Assembly: GCF_006345805.1 (NCBI RefSeq)
Contig: NC_042998.1
Location: 12,276,001-12,340,000, forward strand
Length of the DNA stretch: 64,000 nucleotides
Direction of reading: 5' to 3'
DNA from: Octopus sinensis
Taxonomy: Eukaryota
The notes beneath the pieces are model-generated. The model was not told the DNA's origin. It was given only the letters and a program-made list of their open reading frames with translations, and searched no databases. The translations under genes were made by a program, and so were the position numbers. Of the stretch, positions 1 through 12,599 are shown in pieces. How positions within the stretch are numbered: the stretch's first letter is position 1; every line of letters starts with the position of its first letter.

Positions 1-1270
1 CGAGTAAAATGTGTGGCGATGCACAATGTGCTATTTTGAGTTCTTTGTAGTCTATTGAGCTATTTTTTTGGGGGGGGGGGTAAAATGGTAGTTCTTTGGG
101 TGAGCAATATATCCACGCGCTTCCTTATTTCTATATGTCCTTGCTTATTGGACGGCTTAATCGATGATAGATTTAGCATATGTCTTGTACATCTTTTTTG
201 CTTACGCCTGTGGGCCAAATTAGGTAGGACTGAGTGTTCTAAGTACTTTTGTATAACATTTTGTGGTCTTTTCTGTGTCTTCTATATGTGGAAGTGTTAT
301 ATTTAATTTCTTTGCCATCTCTGTTTGTGGTATGTTTGTGTTGTTACATATTGAAAGGAATAAGTGATGAGACGAATATTTGTGGTAGTCTAATCGCACA
401 ATTGGAAATTTTGGAAATATATGTGTACACTGCATAAACTAGGTGACTTAACATATAAGTTGCTAATAAGTTCTGTGTGTTGTTTCGTGGGAAAGATTTG
501 GGCAATTTCTAAATATGTGTATAGCGATTAATGGAATCGAAAGATTTGGTGCTGCAAGTTGTAGTTAAGATATAGCGTGTGAAAGGATTTTATGGAAAGA
601 TTTTATTGCTAAGGTTTTCATGATGTATCTTTGTGCTAGAATTAGAGTTAGGGTTAGGGTTAGGGTTAGGGATAGGGTTAGGGTTAGGGTTAGTCTAATG
701 TAATAGTTTAAGCCTGTTTTGTGTTTTGAGGAAAGGAAAGGTATGACATGGGAAGCCATCCAATACGCAAATAGAACAATACTGTGTCTGGATGACGTAA
801 CTTCCCTGAAGACCTGAAAAGTTGGCTGTGTTGATATGCATAACTGAAGATAATAGTAGAGGAAAACCATTCCAGTGGGTGCTAGATTTTCTGTCAGGCT
901 CTATGTTGCATTGGTTTATTTAATTGACTTGTGATGTCATTGAATCAGGGGTTTTTAAGGTTTTAGATGACAGTATGTCTTGTAGTGTCTCAACTGGAAG
1001 GAAGAGTTTAAAATTATGGTTTGGCCTTATTTGAGTGGTTTCTAGTATATCATCTTCTAGAAATGTCTGATAAGTACGTTTAAATTCTGTTAGAATGCAG
1101 GTACATTAGTCGAAGTTACTATTGTGATACTGAAGGTGGTGTGACAGTTGTTATCTACTTCTGACACTATATAATATGTTGTAGATTTGTGTTTCCTGAT
1201 CAATATTAATTTTTCATTTTTTGTAGTTTATTCTCTTCGTTATTACCTTGTCGAATGCTAGATACAGAAT
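1..1270 (-). mobile_element. Highly decayed Penelope-like element RT/thumb relic
   Basis: Minus-strand hand translation across stops and frameshifts gives SFDSINRYTHI (~520-560; resembles PLE RT motif SFDVxSLYTNI), DYHKYSSHH...TNIP and YAKSIID (thumb-like). Boundaries approximate. Confidence 0.45.
642..693 (+). repeat. Interstitial telomere-type array (TTAGGG)n, about 8.5 units, 2 variant
   Basis: Read directly: ttagag (ttaggg)4 ataggg (ttaggg)2 ttag. Confidence 0.9.
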
Positions 1271-2535
1271 TTTATGTCTTGTTATTATTGTATAATCCAG
1301 GTCAGCTCTGATCAACCAGGTTATGAACAAAGATACATCCACTGCATTCTCTTCTCTTTCTTTTCCTTAACTGTGCTAATCTTTTATAAGAGAAGGCCAT
1401 GTTTTATGAAAAATCTGGCTGTAATTTCTAACGAGTCAAGCCTGGGTTGTGATCAAAGAACTAAGAGAAGTCGGTTCTTCTCTGTCGTCATTGTCGCTGC
1501 TTTAAAGGTAATGCTGACCAATATGACATCCAGTTCAACAGCTCAGCAAAACATGCATTTTGCCTTGTTGTGGTTCTTTTTGGTTGTATCGTAATGTTAA
1601 TGAAGCCATGTTTCTCCAACATTCGGCTGATAATCCGACTCAAATACTGACGTCAGACCAGAGTTAAATATATGATTTAACATGCATCTTAACAGCTAAG
1701 AAACATTTATTTCTGTTTGCGAAGTATTGTTATAGAAATTTGCTTCTATATTAATGGAACCTGATTATTGTTTCGATGGACAATATCTAAATGGTTTAAA
1801 ATGATTTACAGCCTATCTGTGTCGCGCGAATACATATGATTATATGTACATATTTAGCTGCTTAACTTCCAACACTAGAAATGTTTAATGTTCAGCAGAT
1901 GGTGGATGACAGGAGAACAATCTATAGAGAAATGAAATATTGCAGGATAGCAGCTGTTCTTCTTCCTTTGCAATTATCTATCTAGCAAGAAATACAACAA
2001 CAATAACAATATGACGACGACGACGATGAAGAAGAACTTTATATCATTTGCTGCAGTGGCTCGAAGAGATACTGAAAGATAGAGAGAAACGTTGAACAAG
2101 AAGATTACTCAGTTGTATTGGGGGGAACGGATAAGTTATACAAAGGAAAGAAAAGGACGAAAGACGTTATACAATATATAAATGAACGAATTAAAAATTA
2201 TGGAATCTAAAAATTTTATCAGAAATTTATTTTAAAAATTTAAGATAAAACAACTGTATATTTATATACAAATTTAAACTTCATTGATCAAAGTACCTCC
2301 ACATACCCAATAATATATGCATATTGCTACGTTCCTCTATTGTGCAAGGCTGGAAATTCCAAACTCTTTCATGAGAAGAACTTGTGTTATACCGGGCAAG
2401 TGAGGAAATTCATCTTCGAGACCGTTAAATATAATACTTTATAAAATTTATCTTTGAATTATAATTCTGAGCTTTCATGCTGTTCAAAATGCGATCTCAT
2501 TTCATTGTCGATCCGTAATTTGTGTAATTATTTCT

Positions 2536-2918
2536 TAGCTTGCTAACCAACCACATGGTTCTGGGTTCCGTCCCACTACGTGGCACCTTGGGCAAGTGTC
2601 TTCTACTATAGCCCTGGGCCAACCACTGCCTTGTGAGTGGATTTGGTAGACAGAAACTGAAAGAAGCCTGTTGTGTATATGTATATATATGTATATGTGT
2701 GTGTGTTTGTGTGTCTGTGTTTGTCCCCCTAGCATTGCTTGACAACCGATGCTGGTGTATTTACGTCCCCGTCACTTAGTGGTTTGGCAAAAGAGACCGA
2801 TAGAATAAGTACTGGGCTTACAAAGAATAAGTCCTGGGGTCGATTTGCTCGACTAAAGGCGGTGCTCCAGCATGGCCGCAGTCGAATGACTGAAACAAGT
2901 AAAAGAGTAAAAGAGTAA
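2536..2918 (+). mobile_element. CORE-like tRNA-derived SINE (family A), 5'-clipped
   Basis: B-box-like GGTTCCGTCCC, CORE-like 'ggcaccttgggcaagtgtctt', internal TA/TG microsatellite, (AGTAAAAG)n tail; matches 12 other copies. Probably one of the published octopus tRNA-SINE families (OK/OR1/OR2); assignment not verified. Confidence 0.9.
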
Positions 2919-3299
2919 GTATTCCAAAATGACTGCGAATTTCATTTTAATCACATCGGGGTAAGGTGGGGACTATTTCTGCCCGCAAGTTATTGGTTCA
3001 TTTTTTTGTTTTGAGAGGTCTTCCTTCTAAGAAGAAATTCCTTCTTCGCAGGAAGTATCCTCTATCTCACAATTTTTATCGTCACTACGCGTTTTTTATT
3101 TTGTTTTCGTTTTCTTGTTTTTCTTTTGAAAGAAGTCTGTTGTTCCCCACTGAACTACCTGGTTCCATCACCAGGAAGAATTTCTTTGTTGCTTTGTGTT
3201 AACAGTTATTGCTGTGGTTAACACTCCTTGTCTTCCCCGTCTGTAGCTAGAAGACGAGATATTTTGGTCCTAGGATATAATACTGGTGATGAGGCGATG

Positions 3300-4950
3300 A
3301 AGATTTCACTTGCCATCTCTTTAGTTTTGTTTGGGAACAACAGGTTCATGTATATTTTTTTACTTTGCGTGTAGGAAGCTTTTATATAGATTTAGTGTCA
3401 CATATGTATGAGCTGGGTGGTCTACCGTGGATGCTGAGAATTAAGGTCTTCTTCTCAGTTCTACCTATGAAACAAAATTCGAGTTATATTTTCTGGTCTG
3501 CCAGATCAAGAGGACTTGTATGTTCATGGTGGTCTTCCCTTACCACAAATTTCCAACTGCTTTTTCAATATTAACTACCTGCCCAAATTTTGCCTCAAAG
3601 GTAATTACTAACCAGAAGTCGACATCGTCAGCAATATCTCTGATAGTGAACCTTGTAGTCCTTCTTTCTATTAAATGTAGTACCACTTATTCCAGGTGTA
3701 ACGCGTACTATTTAGGCTTTTACATTACTTTCTGTTTCAATGATAATATAGTGTTAAATGCTCTTCTTTTCTCAGTGTACGATAGTTAGTTCTCTTGATA
3801 TACCTGAAGGCACTGTTTCTTATTCTTCCTTGGGTGGCACGAAGAAAACCTGCTTTGTGCTAAGTGAGACATAGATACGTTATTTTATCCTTAATAGTAT
3901 CAGTCCGATGAACAAACTTTTCCAGAATTTTGATATTTCAGCAAAATGAATCGCATGAGATCTTGTTTCTGCTAGAAAAGGATGTAAGCAAAAGACATCT
4001 TATCATTCTTCGCGTTTGTACCCGAAGCAAGACATGTATACATGTTGTTGTTGTTGTTACTTTAAAGTAAGCTGTTTTTTTATATCGCATTTTTCTGTTG
4101 GAGTGTTACCATTTTCATTTTGTCATTAGCTCGCTTGTATGTTCCTTAATAAATTTTTATATTAGGTGATTTTTCTTTGATGGCAATTGTGCTTTCTTTA
4201 TTATAATCTTTTTGAGTGGCAGATGGAAAGAAACAAGACCCTAGTTTTTACGTTGACGTGAGACTGTAGTATAATATAGAAATATTCCCTTAGCATGGAA
4301 TAAACTAACTTGCTGTGCTGTTGATTGCACTGAATCCCCAAATCTTCAATTTAGAGTTCTTGTGTTGGGTAAGTGAGAGATCAGGTCGTCTGTGTTATTG
4401 ACATAAAGTTTATGAAAGTTACCCGAAAGTTGTATCAAATTTTGATCTTCCTAGCTTGTATAAATGTCATACTATTTCTCGATTTCCTGATTTGTACTTC
4501 TCCAAAGATACCTGGATATTCCTTCACTAAGGTTCATTAGAATTTTGTTAGAACTTTGCTGTTCTTCCTGATGGCTGTGAATTTTAAGACACAGTTTCTT
4601 CCATGCTTGAGGTATACCACAGCTTGCATTTTAAAAGAATTTTGAAGTGTTTCTGTTGGATCAGTTTTCACTTTTATTTTACGTCTATTTTAGAACTTTT
4701 TTTATACTCATCAATCTGCATCTAAATCTCAGTCTCATAAATCAAAGGGATGTTTGTGATTTGAGGGGGCCACTAATTCTTGGTAGTTTATTGCTAGTTA
4801 CTTTTTCTCGCCGGTTTTGTGATGCTTGTTGCCGCTCTAGAATCGACATCATTTGTTCTTGCAATTTCTGTGCATAATGCTTTAATATATGTTTTATTGT
4901 CACATGTAGTTGCTTAGTTTTAAGATTTTCCTCTCAGCACCATTTACATG
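3300..4950 (-). mobile_element. Decayed RTE-like LINE reverse transcriptase relic
   Basis: Minus-strand RDIADDVD...FGQVVNIEK at ~3570-3642 (YADD-type motif plus the following RT segment) and LKHGRNCVLK upstream; many stops. Confidence 0.5.
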
Positions 4951-5299
4951 ACAGATTGCTGGTCTTGTTTTGTGATTTTATGAAGTCGTGAAAAATTGTA
5001 TGTGCTTAGTGATCCCACTTGATCTCATATTGCTAAATGTTATTTCTCCAGTGACTACTTGCTTCGAATGTCCTGCAAACATGATTACAAAGCAAGGATC
5101 GAATCATCTCAGATGTTCCAGTTGGAGACAATAATGTCCCACTTTCTCATATATTGTTGACTAGCTTAGAGACAGGTGTATCGTGTGCTAACTGGCCTTT
5201 CACATTTGCCTTGTCCTCTCTTTAAAGGATAACACATAGTGCAAAAGATAGCATATAATGACGATTTATGATCGTACTTTAAAGCACGTTATGCAACGG

Positions 5300-6226
5300 G
5301 AAAGACTGAATTATTGGAAAACAGCGAGAGTTACAGAAAAATACTACAGTGAAATAAAGAAAATTGGCAGGGAGATTCGTAAGCTGCTGACTTGCAATAA
5401 GATGCACCACCCAAAGGCAGTTGCAGACTGATTTTACCTTCCCAGAGCCTGAGATTGACGAGGCTTGATCCAATTTGAAATCTCTTACAAAACCACCACA
5501 AATCGACTGGCCTTAATATCTCGAAACATCTAATGACTGGATGCTAAAAATCACGATAGGCATAAGAAGCTTCTTTCTGTCAAAAATGTGCAATTGATTT
5601 CTTGTGAGAGAAGTGCGGCAACTGCTGCTGCAATGAAGGTGAAATTAACGGCAAGGAAAGAAACGCATGAAGAATTGACTTATAGGTGGGAGTATAAAAC
5701 CTTTGCGTGGAAAATATGTGAATGATAGCAAACAAGCTGATGTTGACCAGAAGCAAACCCAGCAGTGGCTACAAAGCTAAGAGTTAAAGGCAGATCAAAG
5801 CTTATTGACCCAGAAATACCAAGCCAATGTGGTGAAAAATGGAATAGACCCAAAGTGCCGATTCTACAATTTTGAGATTGAAACAGTGGACCACTTAATC
5901 TCTTGATGCAGTATAAATCAAGATATAATAAAGTTGGCCAATATCTACACTGGTTAATATGTCCGCATTAAAACTCAAAACTTTGGACATTAGTTATAGG
6001 AACCACCCTGAGGCTGTATCTGAGGGAGAATATGTAACAACTCTTTGGGACTTCCTTGTACATACAGACAAAACCATCAAAGCCAATAAACCGGATATCG
6101 CTGTGAAAGAAGAAAAAAATAACGTCTGATTATTGATCGACATAAGTATTCCTTGTGATCATAATATCTCGGCAAAAGAGATAAATATAAAGATTTGCTC
6201 ATAGATATCGAAAAAATGTGGCATCG
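5300..6226 (+). mobile_element. RLE-type LINE (R4/NeSL-like) 3' portion, pseudogenised
   Basis: RKLLTCNKMHHPK, CCHC-knuckle remnant (KCRF...ETVDHLI), LWDFLVHTDKTIKANKPDIAV...LLIDISIPCDHNISAKE (PD-(D/E)xK nuclease) and KDLLIDIEKMWH; ends abruptly at 6226. Confidence 0.8.
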
Positions 6227-6790
6227 CATTCGGTTCCTCTTCGCGGCACATCGATTCCTGTGGTGTTTCCCTTGAACTGGTAATATCCCATCATAAACAG
6301 AACTGCTGAACCGGGGATTTCTTGATTTTACACATTGCCCTTAGACAGGAGGTTTTCCCAGAAAATTCCAGTTGAATCCTATAGACGTCCAGAAGATCCG
6401 CCAACTGCTTTCCCTTGCAAATAGAGGACTGTCACATTCTGAATGTTGGCATCTATTCTTGGTGTTCACTCGATCTAAGACTAGAGTTTCCTTGAAAAGA
6501 TGAGTTGCGGAAAATATGTCTGACGGAGAGCAACCACCACGTGATATATATATATACCGAAGGCGAAGTGCGCGAAAGCAATTTCTGCTCGACTTTTCAG
6601 AAAAAAAATTAGTCTCAGTCTTCTTATTAATGAAGCAAGCTACCATACTCGTAACCTCATCCGAGGCTACCGGTATTATAGCTTGTGTATCGTAGATTTA
6701 GTATTGCTCTTGGAAATCTCCCTTTTGATATTTCGGCTTTCGTAAGAAACGAAATTTATTTTCTTATTATTGTACTCTCATTCCAACACA
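6227..6790 (-). mobile_element. Putative 3' LTR of the gypsy relic
   Basis: On the minus strand a purine tract (caaaaggaag) follows the integrase stop and precedes TG(TG)TTGGAA at ~6790. No matching 5' LTR recognised, so the far boundary is uncertain. Confidence 0.35.
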
Positions 6791-6829
6791 TCTTCCTTTT
6801 TGAAATTTTGTTTCCCAAGGGAATTCAGC

Positions 6830-7860
6830 ACCTTTTCTACTTAGGAATTATTTCTAAATGTTCAGTCTGTTTACGTTCTCTGTTACTGCTCCTTCTAGTC
6901 TCAATCTTTTTCGATGCTGGCACATCGAAGGTGTCGTAAAACACTTCCATTGGAATTTCCGTTCTTTCTTATGTATGTCTGAATTTAATTAATTTAGGTG
7001 TCGTTTATGCTCCAATCGTCGGCCGTTTTCAATTCTTTTAGTCACTATACCATCCTGCCAACTCTCTTTAGCGTTCTTGTGTACTTTGAAACGGACTTTG
7101 TCTCCGACATCAAAATGTTTAGTTGAATTTTTGTATTTTCTCTATAGGGTTTTTCCCTTTGGCAACAATTTGACGAAGATCGATTTAATCTTCCGGACGA
7201 ACATTCTGTAGGCGACTTGCCTGAACTGGTATTTGGATTGGTCGATATTCTATACACCCTTAAAAATTTAGTTAGCGTTTCATCATTTCCTAACTCGTTC
7301 CTTGCAATTTTTATTGCTCGCTTGAAAGTATCTAGGAATCGTTCTGCTTGCACATTTCACCTCGGGTGGTAGGGCAGGGTAAACATGTGCTTTATTGCAT
7401 GCATTTTGCTGAATTTCTTGAACTCGTATCTTGTAAATTGTGTTCCAATGTCCGATACTATGGTGTCCAGAACACCGTATCGAGCAAAGAGTTCGTGCAG
7501 GAACTTTATTGCTGCATTCGTGGTAAGTTGACTTCCGGCCACCTGGTACAGCTATGAACAATGATCAAGTAGTACGCGTCATTCACCAGTACAGCGTATT
7601 CTATATTTACGCTGGACCACGGACTATCAGCCTCAGGCCACGATTTTCAATGTACTGTTCCATGGTCGGCCAATACACGTAACTCCTCATGGGCGCTTTC
7701 ATTCTTGACATCTCCGGGTGTCCACTATGAAATTCCTGTATTACGCGTTTCTGTAGTGTAGTTGGTACTACCACTCTTTGTGCATACAGTAATACATAAT
7801 GGCAGGGTGAAAAATGGTTCGCATTCGTGTCTCTCTTTTGTTTATTTTTCAAGGTTTCAT
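6830..7860 (-). pseudogene. Ty3/gypsy integrase pseudogene
   Basis: RVVVPTTLQKRVIQEFHSGHPEMSRMKAPMRSYVYWP (HHCC part), FARYGVLDTIVSDIGTQF...PYHPR and AERFLDTFKRAI (DDE core), and C-terminal PMEVFYDTFDVP...RRSSNRERKQTEHLEIIPK; frameshifted. Confidence 0.9.
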
Positions 7861-7862
7861 TA

Positions 7863-8072
7863 AATTTAAGAAAAAATTAAAAGCCAATTTGTGTAATGTC
7901 ATTCAGGAGCTGTCAGTGACTGTACAAGATATAAAAGGTAAATCAGTGGTGGACAAATACTTCATAAAATTGAAGTATTTGTCCTCCACTGATTTACCTT
8001 TTATATCTTGTACAGTCACTGACAGCTCTTGAATGACATTACACAAATTGGCTTTTAATTTTTTCTTAAATT
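7863..8072. repeat. Near-perfect 210-bp palindrome (102-bp arms, 6-nt loop, 2 mismatches)
   Basis: 7863-7964 is the reverse complement of 7971-8072; loop TAAAAT. Confidence 0.95.
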
Positions 8073-8129
8073 CAGCTGATGAATTATTTTTACTAGTAGG
8101 ACAGCCATTTATGTTTTTTACAGTACAGA

Positions 8130-9290
8130 TTTATGGGGAGATCCTATATGTCAAGCAACTCTATTCAGTCCGTACCGAACAAATTGGTTGCATTTTTTAA
8201 CTCGAAAACCTTTGCTCTACGGGTTTTCCCCCAGAATGTCATATCACTACACATTTCGCATACGAAGTGTAATTTTTCACCTTTCAGGCCGCGTGCTATT
8301 TTTTATGTTTTTTCTTAACGTAGGTTTCCCAATTCTTATCCACGTGTTGGTGTTAATAATAAAAATGTCACTATCAGTATTTAGTTGTAATTTAATATTC
8401 GTTTTTAGTTTACTTTTACATGTACAAATTTCCTCTTTTTTATCTCGCTTCTACTTTCTCTCGAGAAAACTTTAGAATTTTCTAATGCTCAGCCTTCCTA
8501 AGTTTGCTGAGGAATGTGAACTTCTGTGTACTATTTTTGGCAACTGTAACATTTCTGCGTTTTGAAAGGACAATCCTTCCTGAAATGTAGGACTTTACAT
8601 CCGTAGCATGGGTTTGGCCTTAACATTTTTCTTTATTTATACCTTCCCGTTTGGAACGCTTGTACTTATGAGAACGCCTTCTCTTCCATTTTCTTTACAT
8701 CCTGACGTAAGCTTACCGTTCTTTGACACTCCTCTGCAACTGTCTGCAGGGTTTAACTTTGGTCCGCTTGTTCAAGTTTTATGAGAATTTTTGCATGTAT
8801 CTCCGCATCTTTGTTTGCCGTTAGCCCTTTGTACAAAAATGTAGCACTTAAACATTTCAGGTATTAGTTCCTCCAGTTTAAACCTTTTGCACATTCGGTT
8901 TACGGTCCCGGCATACGTAACAAAGTCTTCATCCTCTATTTTAATTAAATTCCAACACTCTCATCAAGTGTTAAATAGGGTACTCACTGAATATTTTTGA
9001 TAGTTTTAACTGTTTCCTGGAAACAAATTTCATTAGTTTTTGAGGAGTAGAATGAAATTACTATATTTTTCATGTTCAGCCGGCGCTAATTTAGCTAATT
9101 ATAGTCTTAATTTTTCCTTGTCAGTCCACGACTTGCAATCTTCCCCGAAGATGTCTTCGTGCCTTCTAAAGTACGCTGCAAACGTTATACCCTCCTCTGG
9201 GTCATAATTGAATTCTGTTATTAGAGTTCGATACGCCGTCTGTCAAAAACGAACATAGAGTTGTTGTTTTTTTTTGACCGGATATCTTAA
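8130..9290 (-). pseudogene. Ty3/gypsy gag and protease pseudogene
   Basis: ITEFNYDPEEGITFAAYFRRHEDIFGEDCKSWTD and KLAPAEHEKYSNFIL (gag); NIKLQLNTDSDIFIINTNTWIRIGKPTL (decayed aspartic protease D-T-G motif). Confidence 0.8.
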
Positions 9291-9379
9291 GGCATAGATC
9301 CATTGACTGTTGTTGATTTTCTTGGACTGAAGTAGTTGCTTTTAGAACTCCTGTTGCTGATCTTGCTACTGTTTTTGAA

Positions 9380-9768
9380 TGTGGAGCGCAATGGCTCAGT
9401 GGTTAGGGCAGCGGACTCGCGGTCATAGGATCGTGGTTTCGATTCCCAGACCGGGCGTTGTGAGTGTTTATTGAGCGAAAACACCTAAAAGCTCCACGAG
9501 GCTCTGGCAGGGGATGGTGGTGATCCCTGCTGTACTCTTTCACCGCAACTTTCTCTCGCTCTTACTTCCTGTTTCTGTTGTACCTGTATTTCAAGGGGCC
9601 GGCCTTGTCACTCTCTGTGTCACGCTGAATATCCCCGAGAACTACGTTAAGGGTACACGTGTCTGTGGAGTGCTCAGCCACTTACACGTTAATTTCACGA
9701 GCAGGCTGTTCCGTTGATTCGGATCAACCGGAACCCTCATCGTCGTAACCGACGGAGTGCTTCCATCC
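9380..9768 (+). mobile_element. Full-length tRNA-derived SINE (family C) with 12-bp TSD
   Basis: A box TGGCTCAGTGG (9391-9401), B-box-like GGTTTCGATTCC, ~310-bp body; identical ACTGTTTTTGAA at 9368-9379 and 9769-9780. Confidence 0.9.
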
Positions 9769-10104
9769 ACTGTTTTTGAACTGCAGTATAGAAGCTAATA
9801 GGTTTTCCATCATTAACAACTTTGTATCACAAAAATTTGTTAACTGACCTGTGCAAGCTTCGAATCCTCCTCGCGAATTATTGTAACCTAGTTACTCGTC
9901 AACAATTATTGTTATTTCGCCACTATTTATGACTCTACTTGTTCACACTACAACAATCCTGTAGTAACAATAAAATATATAATGAAGCAGGGTAATAACA
10001 ATCTAACAATCCAACAAATTCTCCAGGAACTATACACGAAACTAAATAAACGATATTCCGAGAACTGCCAAAACAACATCTTACGACTTCATGCGATAAA
10101 CGCT

Positions 10105-10143
<39 letters not shown>

Positions 10144-10212
10144 TGTTACTAGTTATAGTTGTTCGGTCGGTCAAGTCTATTCTCGCAGGGGGTTTTGTGA
10201 CTCGCCAGAACA

Positions 10213-10213
<1 letters not shown>

Positions 10214-10243
<30 letters not shown>

Positions 10244-10430
10244 TGTATGTACGTATGCATGTATACATACATACATGCATACATACATACATACATACAT
10301 ACATACATACATAGATGCACGCATGCATGCATACATACATACATACATACATGCATACATACATGCATATATACATACATACATACATACATGCATACAT
10401 ACACACATACATGCATATATACATGCATAC
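10214..10430. repeat. (TATG)n followed head-to-head by (CATA)n microsatellite
   Basis: Read directly; explains the ORFs at 9935-10529. Confidence 0.95.
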
Positions 10431-11235
10431 AGGATGTAGGGCCTTGAGATCAGTATAGACAGCCGTCGAATGTTGTAAAGTCTCTTTCAGACAGCAAATG
10501 CTAAACAACAGCATCAAAAATAAATACATTCACTTAGTACTGAAAAATGAAGACAACAATATTTTACACATTGGAAATGAACTCTTCGGGAAGTTCTCTC
10601 TTTCAGATGACCTCCCATGCAATCCCAAACACGCCAGGCACACCGCAAAGACGACTTGGAAGGAAAACGCTCAGCATACCGAAAAAAAAACCGTGCATAT
10701 ATGTTTCTCGTAAACCGTTACACTACCTCACACTACGAAAGCTTTGTATTTTCAACCCAGTAACAGGAAATTGCTCCCTAATCAGCAAGAGAGATAGTGA
10801 AGCCATGTGATTAGCAGCTGCCCAAAAATGTCGTCAAAGTACTCCCTCCCTATGCGACATGAGGTTGTCTCAAAAACTCTGCACAATTCTATTTGGAAAG
10901 ATATTGTCCTGGAATAAACATAGAGAAACCCTTGTTATTCAATATGTGCAGAAATGCCAGCACAAGGTTTATTAGTGGAACATTCCCATCAAAACATTTA
11001 TGAAGTGTAAGTGTAACAGGCCGGAAATTGCTGTTTGAGACAGGTAAGAAAAAGTATGTACTGTCATAGAAAAGTATGTAGTGTCAGCGGGCCTGCTGAT
11101 GAGTATATAACTTTTTCAAAATCAAAGAAGAAGAAAATAACTATGAACAACTGCTTCGAAACCTTCAGCTTCTATATCCGGATTAAAATTTACATTTATA
11201 CCAATAATAATTGGAGCACTTGGTTTTATAAATAA
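10430..11235 (+). mobile_element. RLE-type LINE 3' fragment (second family)
   Basis: HVISSCPKMSSKYSLPMRHEVV (CCHC end) and CTVIE...SGPADE...NYEQLLRNLQLLYPD...FIPIIIGALG (RLE C-terminus); cut by the Helitron at 11237. Confidence 0.75.
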
Positions 11236-11236
11236 A

Positions 11237-11533
11237 CTAGCAGTATCGCCCGGCGTTGCTCGGGTTTGTAAGGGAAATAACTATATAAGCATTTTTAGAG
11301 AGTTACTTCCCTTATATAATGGCAAAAAAGCATTAAAAATGGGAAAAAATGATGGTAAATTTTGTTTTAAATCGTAGACTCATCGTAGACGCGTGCTAAT
11401 ACCAAGAAGGGCTCGATATGAATCACGACTATAAGATACCCGGTTTTGGTTAAACTGTACTGCAAAATGTGGGAGTAGTTAGGAATCTAAATCGTAGGAG
11501 ACAGACACACAACTTCACTTTTATTTATACAGA
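11237..11533 (-). mobile_element. Non-autonomous Helitron (297 bp)
   Basis: Minus strand begins TC and ends CTAG, with subterminal hairpin CCCG-N8-CGGG (11249-11264); inserted between A and T; no TSD. Confidence 0.75.
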
Positions 11534-11799
11534 TGTTTGTTAGTCTGGATAAGCTTGGATTTTCAGAAAAAGATATCAACAAACTGATTTGCTCATTAGG
11601 AAAATGATCTGTAAGCGAAAGAGTAAAAACTTTTTCTCAGGCTTAAAATATGACGTTGTTTTCGTTATCTACATTCCAAAGATCGAGCTTAGTACCTTTG
11701 TTAGAAACGAACCCCTTCTTCCGAGGAAGAATTTATATGATTGAATATAGAAGAGATATACCTGCATGCAATAATTCATCTATCCAGCCATCCATCCAC

Positions 11800-11806
11800 C
11801 AAACAC

Positions 11807-11838
<32 letters not shown>

Positions 11839-12016
11839 CACACACACACACACAGACATACACACACACACACCACACACACGCACACACACACACACAC
11901 GCACGCACACGCACGCACACGCACGCACGCACGCAAACACACGGGGACACACGCACACACACACACACGCACACGCACGCAAACACACACACACACACAC
12001 ACGCACGCACACGCAC

Positions 12017-12060
<44 letters not shown>

Positions 12061-12070
12061 CACACACACA
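11800..12070. repeat. Imperfect (CA)n/(CACG)n microsatellite
   Basis: Read directly; source of the poly-HT/CV ORFs. Confidence 0.95.
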
Positions 12071-12599
12071 TCACAGAGTTCCTAAGATTTTCTAAGAAAG
12101 TAAAATCTATTAGCGACACTGAAAAAAAAATTGTAAGACAGAACAATGATTCTTTATTTTAGATTCTGTTGATGAATATATGTACACCCCTCGTTGCGTG
12201 CACCTAAAATTTCACTCGTTACAAGTACTCACACACACACACACACATACACACGCGTCCACACATGCACGTATACATAGACACATATACGGGCGCGCAC
12301 GCATTACCCACAAAGACACTCCCGAACAAAGTCTCGCTCGCAAGACATTTTAAGTTAACAGCATGATTACAGTTTAAACTGAATAACAATTACAGTGGTT
12401 TGTTTATTGTAGAAAATTAAATCAAGGGAAACAATTCAGCATTATGTTATCATTTATGTCCCTTGTAAAGAAACAGGGGAAATCACTTTTATCAAATTTT
12501 CTTTTGCAGTTTGTAGTTCCTAATCAATTTAATCGTGCTTTCATGAATTTATATATATAATGAAATTATTGTATACAGTGTTCAGGTGCACCACAACTT

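Noticed and set aside
6341-6646. 101-aa ORF with vague GIY-YIG C-terminal resemblance
   Set aside because: No GIY/YIG motifs; it lies in the position expected for the gypsy LTR.
9384-9456. tRNA-like sequence with A and B boxes
   Set aside because: No closing acceptor stem; it continues into a 310-bp body bounded by a 12-bp TSD, so it is a SINE head.
9935-12162. Long ORFs rich in MYVC, HT and CV repeats (and similar YI, LSIY, poly-L ORFs elsewhere)
   Set aside because: Stop-free translations of microsatellites, not genes.
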